Of a DNA stretch of 64,000 bases, positions 25,099 to 36,800 are shown in pieces. The DNA comes from Haplodiscus bocki. Taxonomy: Eukaryota. The notes beneath the pieces are model-generated. The model was not told the origin of the DNA, made no database searches, and saw only the letters and a program-made list of their open reading frames with translations. The DNA lies in assembly GCA_965655095.1 (NCBI GenBank), contig OZ296653.1:26908001-26972000 (forward strand), written 5' to 3'. Both the position numbers and the translations under genes were made by a program. The stretch's first letter is position 1; each line of letters starts with the position of its first letter.

Positions 25099-27059
25099 TG
25101 TCGCAGGTTGCCGCCTGTGACGGCATGATCTACTCCGTCAATTACAACGGGCAGAACTCAGTCACACAGAGCTACGCTCTGCCCTTATTTGAAGACTAAT
25201 ATAATAGAACTAGCCTTTAATAAACCGCTGGAAAAAAACCCCCCACCACTTTGAAGTTATATTTTTATATATACTTATATACTAATATATAAATATATAT
25301 ATATAATCTTACAAATATTTATGTATTTATGCGCAAAATCCATACAAATATCGATGAAGCTTGTATCATGAAGGAAAGGTCATAGACAAATGTTTATAGT
25401 GCTCAACTTATTTGCAGTCTTATACTCAAATTTGATTGGTCAAAGACAAGCGATCGTATCAAACACTGACCAAACAGAAGCGCCGCCTAAACATGGTCAA
25501 AATTGGTCACTGGGACCTAATTTTGACCACTTTGCTCAGTGCCAGTGGTCGCTTCCAAACGAAAGGCGAAATACGGCCAAATGAAACCAGAAAGCCAATG
25601 TATGAACAGACATAATTAAAAATGTTGCTATGTACTTATATAAACATATAATTATGTGATTATGTGTTGTAAAATTATTTAGTGCCAATAATTATTAAAT
25701 CCTGAGTGAAAAATATTACCTAGTCAAAAGACGGTCATTGTGCCCACTTTTGACCACCATACTTTGACCTAAAATTAAAACCTGTGTATAAACCTTAATA
25801 TTATAATCATTGCCATATTTAGTATATTATAACTATATTTAACCATCCATTATATGAAATAAGCATGCAAACATGGTTTTATTATCCCTGAACATTTATC
25901 CAGTTTCCATGACCATATTTTGGTGGTCATGGTTTTGCGGCATATATTCTTTGATGCTACCCATATTACTATTTTTAAAACTAACGTCATGATGACGAAA
26001 CATATATTTCGGGTTAAACCTCTTTGATGTTGTTTATATTACTATTTTTAAAACTGACGTCATGATGACGAAACATAGTTCGGGTTGAACCCCCTTTGAT
26101 GTTTAATATAAATAGAACCCGAGGACATGACGTCAAAGAAGTGAGCCCTCCAATTGGACAGCGAAGATGAGGAAAAGGGGGCGAACCTAAAAGAAAAATC
26201 ATCGCCAGAAGAGTGTTTTTCCATCCTGAAAACAGTTCACTGTAACGATCATTTAAACTGATGCAATTTATTTGTGGATTATCTGTATTGTAAGAGAAGA
26301 AAACTGCCCTCTTCAAAACAGACGATTATAATACTCTTTGAAACTGACATTATTCTTTGTCCCTGTTAAAACACTTTACAAACATTGTAACTTGAAGTAT
26401 CATTTCATTTTTGTGTCACTGTTGACTTTCGCTGTTATTACAATTCAGTTATTAAACAAACATGGTTTCTACCAGAAAGAAAAGGCAGTCAAGCAAAAGA
26501 CTCCTCAACCAATTAGATGATTTTGATCAGGACGTGATCATTGGCAACACCACAAGCGAGAGGCCAGAAAATGTTGTGGTCAATGGGGGTGTTGATGACC
26601 AGGATTTTACCGGTGGTACTTCTAATGTTAGTTCAATAGTTAATGAGAACGCATTGAATGTGAAAACTTTGGAAAGGTGTTTTAACGAAAGGATTGATAG
26701 GGAAATGAGCAATATTGTGGACACAGTTGAAGATAGGATACAGAATGCGGTTTTGACCGCCATTGATAACATTGTCACTCCTAAAATTGAATTAGCTATT
26801 AGGTCAATAAATGCATCCTCTGGACAAGATGTGACCAGTGCGTCTGGAAACTCAGAACGTAGGGAATATGAGGGGATTAACGCCTCTTTTGAAAACGCAT
26901 CTGCAAACAACAGAACATTAGGTATGGCTAATACGAACGATGAAACTCGCCACGATTTTCATGACGGAGTGAGCGAATTACCGGTCTTAGAGGCACAGTT
27001 TGACCGGCAACTAGCTACTCACCACATGCCGTCAGGAGCTAGTAGCGAAGTTCATCACA
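25099..27059 (+). repeat. 5' LTR of family A element
   Basis: TGTCGCAGG...GAAGTTCATCACA. Colinear with 39581-41541, differing by about a dozen substitutions counted by eye. Confidence 0.95.
25964..26160 (+). promoter_or_regulatory. Putative LTR promoter/enhancer: ~73-bp direct repeat x2, CRE-like TGACGTCA (26055, 26128), TATAAATA (~26107), CCAAT (~26150)
   Basis: Motifs read directly. TGACGTCA also occurs about 300 nt upstream of gag in the family-B LTR (46637). Function is inferred. Confidence 0.45.
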
Positions 27060-28435
27060 TGGTGACAGGAGTTAAAGAACGCCACGACATGCTGACAGAA
27101 GGTTCACAACAGATACACAACCGTCATCACATGGTGACAGGAGTTAAAGAACGCCACGATATGCTGACAGAAGGTTCACAACAGATCCACAACCGTCATC
27201 ACATGATGACAGGAGCTAAAGAACAAATTCATAACCACCATGACATGGTGGCAAGAGGTGCAGAAGAGTTTCGCAATAGTCATCACATGGTAACAGGACA
27301 AACAGCCCACATAAACCAAATCCCTGAGTTCTTGACTGGACGCACTCAAACATCACGCAACCCGTCATCTCACCAATATCAGAACCTGTCAACACAAGTA
27401 TCACAAGACAACAATTTACCAGTGGTCGAACATACACCAACACATCAAAATTTAGACGCAAACAACTCCATCAATCGTCTAGCTGACGCAATTGCTGGAA
27501 TTACCACCCAACAACCATCACAAGCAACCATAATGCTCAAACCAGTATCCACAAGCACACTATCTTTCGATGGCAAAAATGAGAAATTCGAACTATTTGA
27601 AGACCTTTTTCACACAATGCTCAAAATGCAACCTGAAAAGACAGAAGCCATGAAAATTAACCATTTTCATGCTCATTTACGAAAAGAAGCACTTCAAACA
27701 TTCAGAAACATCAGTGCAGTCAATAAAAAAACTCTTGATGACGTATTAATTGTTTTCCGACGCAAATATGTCAAACCCGAATCACAAGCTACAGCTAAAC
27801 ACAAATGGCACAAACTTACATTCGATCCCAATACAAAATCACTCCCTGATTTCTTAGAAGAGCTCAACGAATGTGCCGAAAAAGCGTTCGGTGACAACGC
27901 CCAACACATGATTGACAGCTTATTATACGCAAAACTACCACCCCATTTGAAAAGATCACTCAACTTAGCTCATTTGGAAAACGGCACGTATGACCAGATA
28001 GTGGCACATCTTGAAAGAGAGCTAGAACTCAGCGGCTTAGAAAATGATGGTGAGTTGACAATACCCACAATGACAACCGTTCCACTAAATGATAACCAAC
28101 AAAACACTGAACAAACAAAAGTAGTATGCTACTACTGTAAAAAACCAGGCCACGTAATCCGAGATTGCCGTAAACGAATGAGAAAGGAACAGGAACGGGG
28201 GAATGATCCTTCAACCCAAAAGATGAAACCTTCGACATCTAAAACATATGCACCATGTCCTCATTGTCAACGGACAAATCACCCTCCAGAACAGTGTTGG
28301 AGCGGTCCTAACGCCGCTAACAGACCTAAACGGTTCAAACAGGCGTATCCAGAAGACAATCAAAATGATGGGCAAAACCATGGGAATTTGACCTATTCAG
28401 GACCATCATCAATTCTCAAAAACTCTTTAAACTAA
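26462..28435 (+). CDS. gag: Gag polyprotein (657 aa) with two CCHC zinc knuckles; start codon lies inside the 5' LTR
   Basis: CYYCKKPGHVIRDC and CPHCQRTNHPPEQC knuckles, capsid-like FDGKNEKFELFEDLF region, and position upstream of pol. Confidence 0.92.
   Translation: MVSTRKKRQSSKRLLNQLDDFDQDVIIGNTTSERPENVVVNGGVDDQDFTGGTSNVSSIVNENALNVKTLERCFNERIDREMSNIVDTVEDRIQNAVLTAIDNIVTPKIELAIRSINASSGQDVTSASGNSERREYEGINASFENASANNRTLGMANTNDETRHDFHDGVSELPVLEAQFDRQLATHHMPSGASSEVHHMVTGVKERHDMLTEGSQQIHNRHHMVTGVKERHDMLTEGSQQIHNRHHMMTGAKEQIHNHHDMVARGAEEFRNSHHMVTGQTAHINQIPEFLTGRTQTSRNPSSHQYQNLSTQVSQDNNLPVVEHTPTHQNLDANNSINRLADAIAGITTQQPSQATIMLKPVSTSTLSFDGKNEKFELFEDLFHTMLKMQPEKTEAMKINHFHAHLRKEALQTFRNISAVNKKTLDDVLIVFRRKYVKPESQATAKHKWHKLTFDPNTKSLPDFLEELNECAEKAFGDNAQHMIDSLLYAKLPPHLKRSLNLAHLENGTYDQIVAHLERELELSGLENDGELTIPTMTTVPLNDNQQNTEQTKVVCYYCKKPGHVIRDCRKRMRKEQERGNDPSTQKMKPSTSKTYAPCPHCQRTNHPPEQCWSGPNAANRPKRFKQAYPEDNQNDGQNHGNLTYSGPSSILKNSLN
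27020..27307 (+). repeat. In-frame tandem array of eight LTR-end/primer-binding-site-like units (CAYSAYA-TG(G)TGACAGGAG consensus); active PBS at 27060
   Basis: Units start at 27020, 27053, 27083, 27125, 27155, 27197, 27239 and 27281 (spacings 33, 30, 42, 30, 42, 42, 42 nt) and encode H(H/D)M(V/L/M)TG-like peptides. Confidence 0.85.
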
Positions 28436-28500
28436 AAAAGCCACGACTCCAATGGGCAGATTACACATCAGTCAGACAATATGTTATATCTGACCCACCC
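28426..28500 (+). promoter_or_regulatory. Programmed -1 ribosomal frameshift signal (T TTA AAC plus downstream stem)
   Basis: Heptamer 28426-28432 is in correct X XXY YYZ phase immediately before the gag TAA. The -1 frame is open from there into the pol ORF. A GTCAGA...TCTGAC inverted repeat lies at 28471-28494. Confidence 0.85.
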
Positions 28501-31500
28501 CCTACAATATATCACTCTCATCAAACCCTCAACACAGGAATTCCATCAGTTGTCTGGCAGCAACAAATGGAAAAAGCCTATATTCGAAGATACAATACCA
28601 CGCATGTCATTCACAAAACATATCCAGCGTACGAATACGACTACACAGACAACTTCGACACTTACTTCAGACCCCTTGCAGAAGTCGTTGCATACGACCC
28701 ATACTTTGTTGACCCTCAATATGGATTGGATCCCTATTGGGATGACGAAATTTATGATCAGGACAAATTGGAGTACAAAGATACTTACAATAAACCTAAT
28801 GATCAGATCGAATCCGATGATCCGATCACGGATGCACATGTATCACACGCACTACGATACGCAGTGATAGATTTATGGACAGTCAATCCACAATTACCTG
28901 ACACATCACCGTTACCACACTTCCGACCGAGACCACCAAACCAACAAAGGCAAAAAGCAGTCATCGATGACCAAATTTTACCACAGCTCCAGGTAACGCC
29001 AGACGGACTCACAAGGTTTCTCCCGCTCTCAACAAATTTGCCATTAAAAAATAAACGAAAAATGCTTTATTTTCCAATGGATTTCGGGGAGTTAAATATT
29101 GATGGCCTCATAGATACAGGTGCTTTGTCAAGCGCCATTCCGGAAGCCGACTTACGCAAAATTCGATTACTCGCCCCACATACAATATTAAATGAAGGCC
29201 CACCACCTGAGTTCCAAATTATGGTTGCCAATGGACAGTTAGAAGCACCTACTGCAACAGTAGAATTGCAATTCGAAGTCGGTGACATTACGTTCAGAGA
29301 AAAGTTCATAGTTATGACGAACCTCACAAGCCCTTTGATCGGTCTCTTATTCCTACAACGCAACAGTACTATTCTAGATATGCGTCAAGGAATTCTGAAT
29401 TTTCCCTTCTTTTCAATGCAATTGAAAAATGAAGATCGGACATACCCAAACGTTATTGAACCCATAATCAACCCAGTAGATACTACGCTACAACCGGGAA
29501 AACGAACCACAATTTGGGTAAAATCACAAATTTACACGGAAAACGAAGCGACAGGCATAATCCAACCTTCGCCACTTCTGGAAAACGACGAAGATCTCCT
29601 TATTTGCCCAGCAATTTCGTCAACCCAAAACAACAGACATATGGTCCAAATCAGCAATTTTCTAGACCATCCGTATACTCTCAAAAAAGGAACACATATG
29701 GCAAATTTCTCCATATTGACTCCTGAACAAACAAAGCACATTCGACCAGTCAACCCTACTTCGGTGAGACATTTCCTCAACAGTAATCACGATGACGCTA
29801 TTCATTACATAAATAGCCTTCTGAAGACATCGCAACCGGATGAAGTCAATGAGACCTACTGGTTTCCAACGACACAAAATCCGGGCAATGAAAAGGAACA
29901 TACGCCCATACAGACACGCATTCTTAATGAACTACGAGAATTGGAACAATTAGAAAAATTAAATCCACTTGAAAATACCAAATCCCGAAGCCAATTTCTA
30001 TCTAATTTCGATTGGACAGATTCTACTTTACAACCGGATGCCAAACAAGCCGTTGAAGACCTGCTCGTGGAATTTCATGATATCTTTGCGCGACACCGTT
30101 TTGACATCGGAATCAACACAGAATTCAAAGTACAACTCACACCACTAGACAATAGGCCTGCTTACAGTCAAAGCCTCCCAGCTCCGATAAATCTCAAAGA
30201 TGATATCCTTGTGGAACTAGCCCTATTACACAAGTATGGTATCATCACAACACTACCCTTCAGCAAATATGCTAGTCCAATATTCGCACAAAGGAAACCA
30301 AATGGGAAACTACGCCTATTAGTTGACCTTCGGAAAATAAACACACTTATTGCAGATGATTACATCAACAACAACCACCCAGTCAGTACATTAACAGATG
30401 CAGCACAACACATGGCTGGGAAAAATCTGTTCTGCAAACTCGATTGTTCCCAAGCATATCATTGCCTCCAAATGGCCGACCAACAATCAATTGAGCTCCT
30501 TGCATTTAATTTTGCAAGCAGAACATTCGCGTACCGAAGATTGGCACAAGGACTTAGCCGTTCCCTATCAGCATTTTCAAGCTTCATACGCGAATACCTC
30601 GACCCAGTCATCAAAGCTGATCAATGTGCACAATACGTCGACGATATTGGCATAGCCGCCAATACCCCCGAACAATTAATCAAAAACTTACGAGCAGTTT
30701 TCCAATGCTTGCGGAACGCTGGCCTCAAACTCAGCGTGACCAAATGCCATTTCGGAGTACAAGAAGTAGATTTCCTTGGACGAACAATAACAACCAAGGG
30801 GGTTGCCCCTCAAAAACAAAAGATTGCTAAATTCCTTGAAAAAGTCAAATTTCCACGATCCAAAAAAGCACTCCAACGATACATCGGATTCTTGAACTAT
30901 TACCGGAATTATATACTTAGATTGGCAGAACGGCTCACCCCGTTCTTCCAGCTACTCAAAACAACCGATGCCAAAGACAAAATACCGATTACACCTGATA
31001 TCATGAAAGAGTTCAGGGAAATAAATGACGCTTTAGACCGATGTTGCCAATTGGCATTACGTCAGCCATTACCCGGTAAACAACTGGTCCTAATGACCGA
31101 TGCAAGCTTTCAAGCAGCTGGTTACGCAGTATTAATTGAAGACGATCCAAACCAAAAGTTTACTTCAACACGCAAAACTTACGCTCCTATAGCTTATGGT
31201 TCAAAAACATATTCACCATCCCAAATCAAAATGCCCATCTACGCAAAAGAAATTTTAGCCATCTATATGGCCTTCAAAGAATTTGGACATATCTTTTGGG
31301 GCGCCACTAAACCAGTGATCATCATGACAGACAGCAAATCGGTCACCAGATTCTTTCAAACAAAGATGATCCCCCCACCCTTATGGAATGCCTGTGACTT
31401 TGTATTACAATTCAACTTTACTATCGCACACATTCTAGGTAAAATGAACACTGCAGCAGACTTCTTATCTCGTTTGGAGATGGACCCTAATGAAAAAATC

Positions 31501-33790
31501 ATTCTAAAGATCAGAGAAGACATTCAAATAAAACCAATCGAAGTAAACATTGAATCTACAGGCATTGCACAAGAAGAACCGGTCTTCTTTGATCCCACAG
31601 ACCAACAAGAGACCACGGAAAAAGAACTCTGGAAACGTAAAGAAGAAGTACGAAATGCCATACCTAATGAACCACCAGTCATAACAGTGTCCTGTTATTA
31701 CGCCAATGACCTACACAAAGATACAACAATTGTGAACATAGCACAATTGACGAAACCATCACGCATACTCATCGAACAAGACTCAGATCCAACCCTACTA
31801 AATTTCAAACGTGAAATGCTGGGATTACCATTTGACGAACAAATTTTACTAAACGACGCACGTTACATGCACTACTCCAGAAACAAGAAGCGTATCATCA
31901 TCAAGGATGACATTCTCTACCGACAAAACTATAACGATATCGGCGAAGTCAGTCACCTACAAGTCCTTTTGCCCGGACAATTACTTAAAGTGTTATTACA
32001 ATCATTACATGGGACAGCTGGCAAACACCCAGGTATCTCAAAAATGATGCGAGAAATTCGTCAGAAATACTATTTCACTTCAATTGCACCCCACGTTCGA
32101 AACTGGGTTCGTGACTGTGAGATATGCATCCATGACAAACGCATAAACAACACACGAATAACCCCAGAAGTAATCCACATCCCAGAATGGGACCTCGGAC
32201 CAGAAGATCTCATGCAAATTGACTTATTGCCAGAATTACCGCCAAGTGGAGGTTATGAAAATATCATTACGGCGATAGACGTATTTTCGAGATACGCATT
32301 CGCCTATCCAGTATCTAACCCCACAGCAGTAAATACAGCCAAAGTTATCATAGACATTATGACAAGACATGCTTATTTGCCTACCCTCATTATAACAGAC
32401 AAAGGAAGCGTTTTCGTCTCCCAAATCATACATGAAGTCGCTGAAATATTGGGCATCAATTTGAAACATGCCACAACAAAACATGCACAAACCATCGGAG
32501 TCCTAGAACGGGCCCATGCCACAATCAAGACCTCCTTGAAAATGGCATCAGGCGAACACAGAAAACAATGGCATAAATACTTACCTATCGCCATTTTGAA
32601 TTACAACACGACATACCATTCCAGTATCGATTGTGAACCAAGCCGAGTATTCCACGGCAGAGTACCACACAATATTTTAGACCACAAACTTGGATTAAGA
32701 TTCAATCCCAATATCACACCTACTACAGACTTTGCTGAAGAATTACTACGGCGAACCAAAATCCTCTACGACAAAACCAAGAAAAACGTCATGCAGTCAT
32801 ATATCAAATACAAACGATATTACGATAAAAAAAGCAAAAGCTTCACCTTTAAAAGAAAAAGATTACTGCTTTATCCTTCAGCCAAATGCAGACCATCAAG
32901 GGTCAAAAATACCGTTCCGTGACTTCCGATGGATTGGTCCCTACATAGTAGAAAAAGTATTACCAAACAATAATTACATTGTGCGAAAACTCAACACAAA
33001 CAAAACTCAGATTCTACACAGAATTCGTCTCCGAAAATACAACCCTGAAAAACGCCCTGAAGCTAATTATTCGGAAGTGCCATGGCAAACCGACGACAAT
33101 ATTGTTGTCCCGCAGGACGATTTATATACAATTGCATGGGAAGCTGAATTCGGCGGACACCTCTTTGATCTTCCCATCATATATACCGATCCCAACGCAA
33201 TTGACTTTGATGAAAATCACACACAAGGACCAGATACAGTCATTGTCCCACGCTCTTATTTCCAAAACTCAAACAATGGTCAAAATAGGGAAATTTGCCC
33301 CATTTCTGACCAACCAGTACCGCGAACTTTAACACCTACATCGAATGGTCAAAATCAGGAAATTGAGACCAGTACTGACCCAACTCAAAATGATAGCACC
33401 AAACACATTTATGACTCAAGTACCGACGCTGAAATTACATGTAAACCTGTCACACAACCACCATTAACTATGAGTGACACTTCATCAACGCTTGATGACA
33501 ACATTCCCACAGCTGAAAACACTTCCAAAAATGAGTCCGACCACTCTCGAGGCGGTAAATACAACCTACGCCCCAATCCCAATCCTAATTACTCAGAAAT
33601 ATACAGATATCGATGTGTGCAACATTTTATTTTCAGCCCCATTTTTGCGCGTCATTATCATTTTTCATTCTATCTTTTGCGCACACTCTACTCATTTCTT
33701 TCCTTTTTCTTTTCTTGGGGCATATACAAAATTATCAAGAACGTCAACAAAGCCAAACTACAATCAATCAAAAAACAACAAACTAATTAA
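28426..33790 (+). CDS. pol: Pol polyprotein (protease, RT, RNase H, integrase with GPY/F tail); one frameshift at an A7 run (~32827-32833)
   Basis: LIDTGA (protease), LRLLVDLRKIN / KLDCSQAYH / YVDD (RT), TDAS (RNase H), H-x5-H...CEIC and QID/TDKG/LER (integrase). The frame continues as KAKASPL...RWIGPYIVEK in ORF 32732-33790. Confidence 0.93.
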
Positions 33791-33815
33791 TAACAACAAC
33801 AGCTTTAATTAAGAG

Positions 33816-36800
33816 TCAGGACGATTCAGTGTTCGAAGTTTTGCGCTTTGATCGCAACTTCCCAGATAGCAAATCAGCTACTCCACGATAATGCGTCTTA
33901 CTAATATCGATGCGAGGCCGCTGCGCTGGACGACGACGCTGTTCTGGTAGTCTCTCAGAGACAAACACTGGTTCACTCAACGATGCAGATGACTCCACAT
34001 CACTAGCAACCTTCACCGCCTTGTATGATTTCTCAAGCTCAGCTCGAATTTTCTCATAATCGTGATAATTGACAAATTCCCAGGGATTATAACCACACTG
34101 CAGAGCACAATCGCCAAAAGTCTCGAGCAATTCCATGCAACACGAAATCGACTCGGGATCAGTGAAAAAGTTCTCCTCAGTATCACAACCCAAAAGATAC
34201 CCCTGCAGCGGCTCCACAACTGACGACAAATCAACACTCGCCACTCCAACTTTACTTGAGCCAAGCGAAACATCAGGCACTTTTGGGGTAATATGACCCA
34301 AACACAAACAACTCAATTTGAACAGATCCCATGTATACTGTCTGCGTGACAATTCAGGGCAAGACGACAGGAAAGAGACCATATCGTCAACATCTGGACC
34401 AACACCCAACTCGTTCAGATAAACATGTCTCACATCGTCTACGAACTCTATGTAGTCGTCAGCGTGCACGTTCCGCAACTCCCGTGCAACCCAACCCCGG
34501 GAACTGAAGCTTTGGAATAAATGTTGGAAGCAGTCAACAGCAACAGTCTTCGGTAACTTGAACAAAACTCCATAATCAAAGCAAGCTAGCCCAATAACCA
34601 AGTCTGACTTGAATGCGGGATGTCTCACTAACTCCTTAACCACATATTTAACGTATTGTCTGCCCTGGTCAATGAAAGGATTGAAAGACTCGCCCATCAC
34701 CGTCTTCGCCACACTATCCGACTTCGCCTTCTTCCCACGCTCACGCTCCACATCAATTTTTGTCTTGGCGACCTTCAACACTTTGGACCGGAATTCTGTC
34801 TTTCGCATAAATTCAAAGATGCTCAACAGCTCACCCACAGAAAAATCAAAGGATCGCAATGCATCCCAATCCCATTCAGATGGCAGACAGCCACGAGACA
34901 CAACCCTCCGCAACAAACGATGTAAGAAGTCACACAGTTGACCGCACAAGAAAAACCCTTGGTCACGACTGGGCACTGTTGACCGTTTGAAAGCCTCCCG
35001 GTACTCTTGCACAATCACTTTGAACAGTTCCAGACGAGCTTCGAAATAAGGATCACCAGTGACTTGACTATCCAAAGCTTGAACCTAAAATACGAGACAA
35101 TTAAAAACGTTATCACTTGCATTCAACCACATAACAACTATACCCACCCTCCCCTGCACGTGCTGGAACTCTTGACGTTGACTAGTACTGCTGATATATG
35201 CCACAATTTGGGGCCAATGCGCAATCATCTCTTGAACAACAAGGAAAGCAGTGCACAACTCTAATTTTCCATCTTCCAGAGCCTGCAAACATACAATTAT
35301 CAGTCAGCACTTATACTACCAAGACAACCAAAGGGCAACATTACCATTACCTACCATTCTGAAGTACTGTGTTGACTGCACCCAGCGTTCATCGAGGAGC
35401 CCTTTTAACCGCAACAAAAGAGCACGCAACATCGAACACATGTCGATCCTCCCCATCACACTGAAGCTGGGTTTGTGCAACAAACGCTCAAACTGCATAG
35501 GTGTCAACGAAAACGGGTACTGAACACCCGCCTTCCGACCAGGACTTTTATCCAGAACTTTCACAAAGTCAGCATTTGAGCCGCCACAACAAATGATGGT
35601 CGCATCGCCAGAAATCGCACTCAACAATCGGGAAACAAGATCAATATAGCTTTTTGTGGGCGGAACATCCCTTCCACAATGTAACATGGGCAGGCACACC
35701 AAACGCTTGCCCTCCCAAAAACACAGACTCAATGTGCGGCGATGTGAGCTCACAGAAAATTCAATGGAGTATGCCCCCTCACGAGCAATACTAGATGACA
35801 CATGTTTCACCAACTCCAGAAACAGATGATGCAGCAATCCCTGAAATAGCACAAATCGCATGAAAATTAATACCCCCCATACTCCAGCCGGTCAAATACA
35901 AAAAATCCCGACGACTTTTGACTCTACATGTAATACCCACCCAAACAGACTATCAATCCATGGGCAAAAGATGGCACAAATACCAGATTATGACCATAAC
36001 AAAATATGCTCATATACGTACGGAAATGTGGCTCGAGCTCCAATTGAAGTCAGCAGTGCTCGCAGAATGACCCGTCAACACTCCCACCTGGGTCCAGTAC
36101 TCCTCCAACGTCCACAATTGACCTCCTCCACGCAGGAAAATTAACAACAACTCAATCTGTATCAAAGTCCGTGAATTTACAGAGGTAAATGTAAAGGGCT
36201 TCTCTTCCACAACATAATAGAACGGACGTTTGTGATCCAACTCCGGCACATCCAAGTGCATGAACAGCTCCCTCTCCGCTTCCAACTTCGACCCATACAG
36301 TGTACGTCCATCCGAGCCACGTACCTTTGAAGGATAGTACCGGGCACGAAACCTCTGATCAGCCCTCAGATGATGCTCCCGTTGGAAGTGGCGCTTCAAC
36401 TCATATAATCCTCGAGATCTCATGGACACGTTCCTCCTACAAAGCATGCAGTAGAAGCAATGACGGTTCTTCAATGGGTTTTCTGGACCAGTAGCAAAAA
36501 CTTTCGCAAACGGGGCGAGCTCCAGCATCTCCTCGGTGAAAACATACCCACCACCATCTGACCCACTGGGCGAAATTGGGTTCGGTCGACCTTCTCGTGA
36601 CCACTTATACAATTCACCTTTTTTCAGCACATCGGAACGAATTTGCCCAAGAGTCTTCAAACTGTCCGTGTCATTAAATTTGTTCACTTCTGTTCGAGAG
36701 AAACCCAAAACTGCATCTGCCTGACGACTCGAACATGGTTGCTGTAATTGATCACTATCCAATGATTCCGTAATTGTTGGCAAAGAATAGAAAGATCGAG

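Noticed and set aside
27020-27307. CRISPR-like repeat/spacer array
   Set aside because: Repeats are degenerate, spacers are related to each other, the array lies in frame within gag in a eukaryotic retrotransposon, and no cas genes are present.
29470-29720. Functional dUTPase between protease and RT
   Set aside because: Only a vague beta-rich resemblance (TLQPGKRTTI...GIIQPS); the conserved dUTPase motifs are not visible.
32732-33790. Separate env or third ORF after pol
   Set aside because: It is the integrase C-terminal GPY/F region displaced by a 1-nt frameshift, with no signal peptide or fusion motif.
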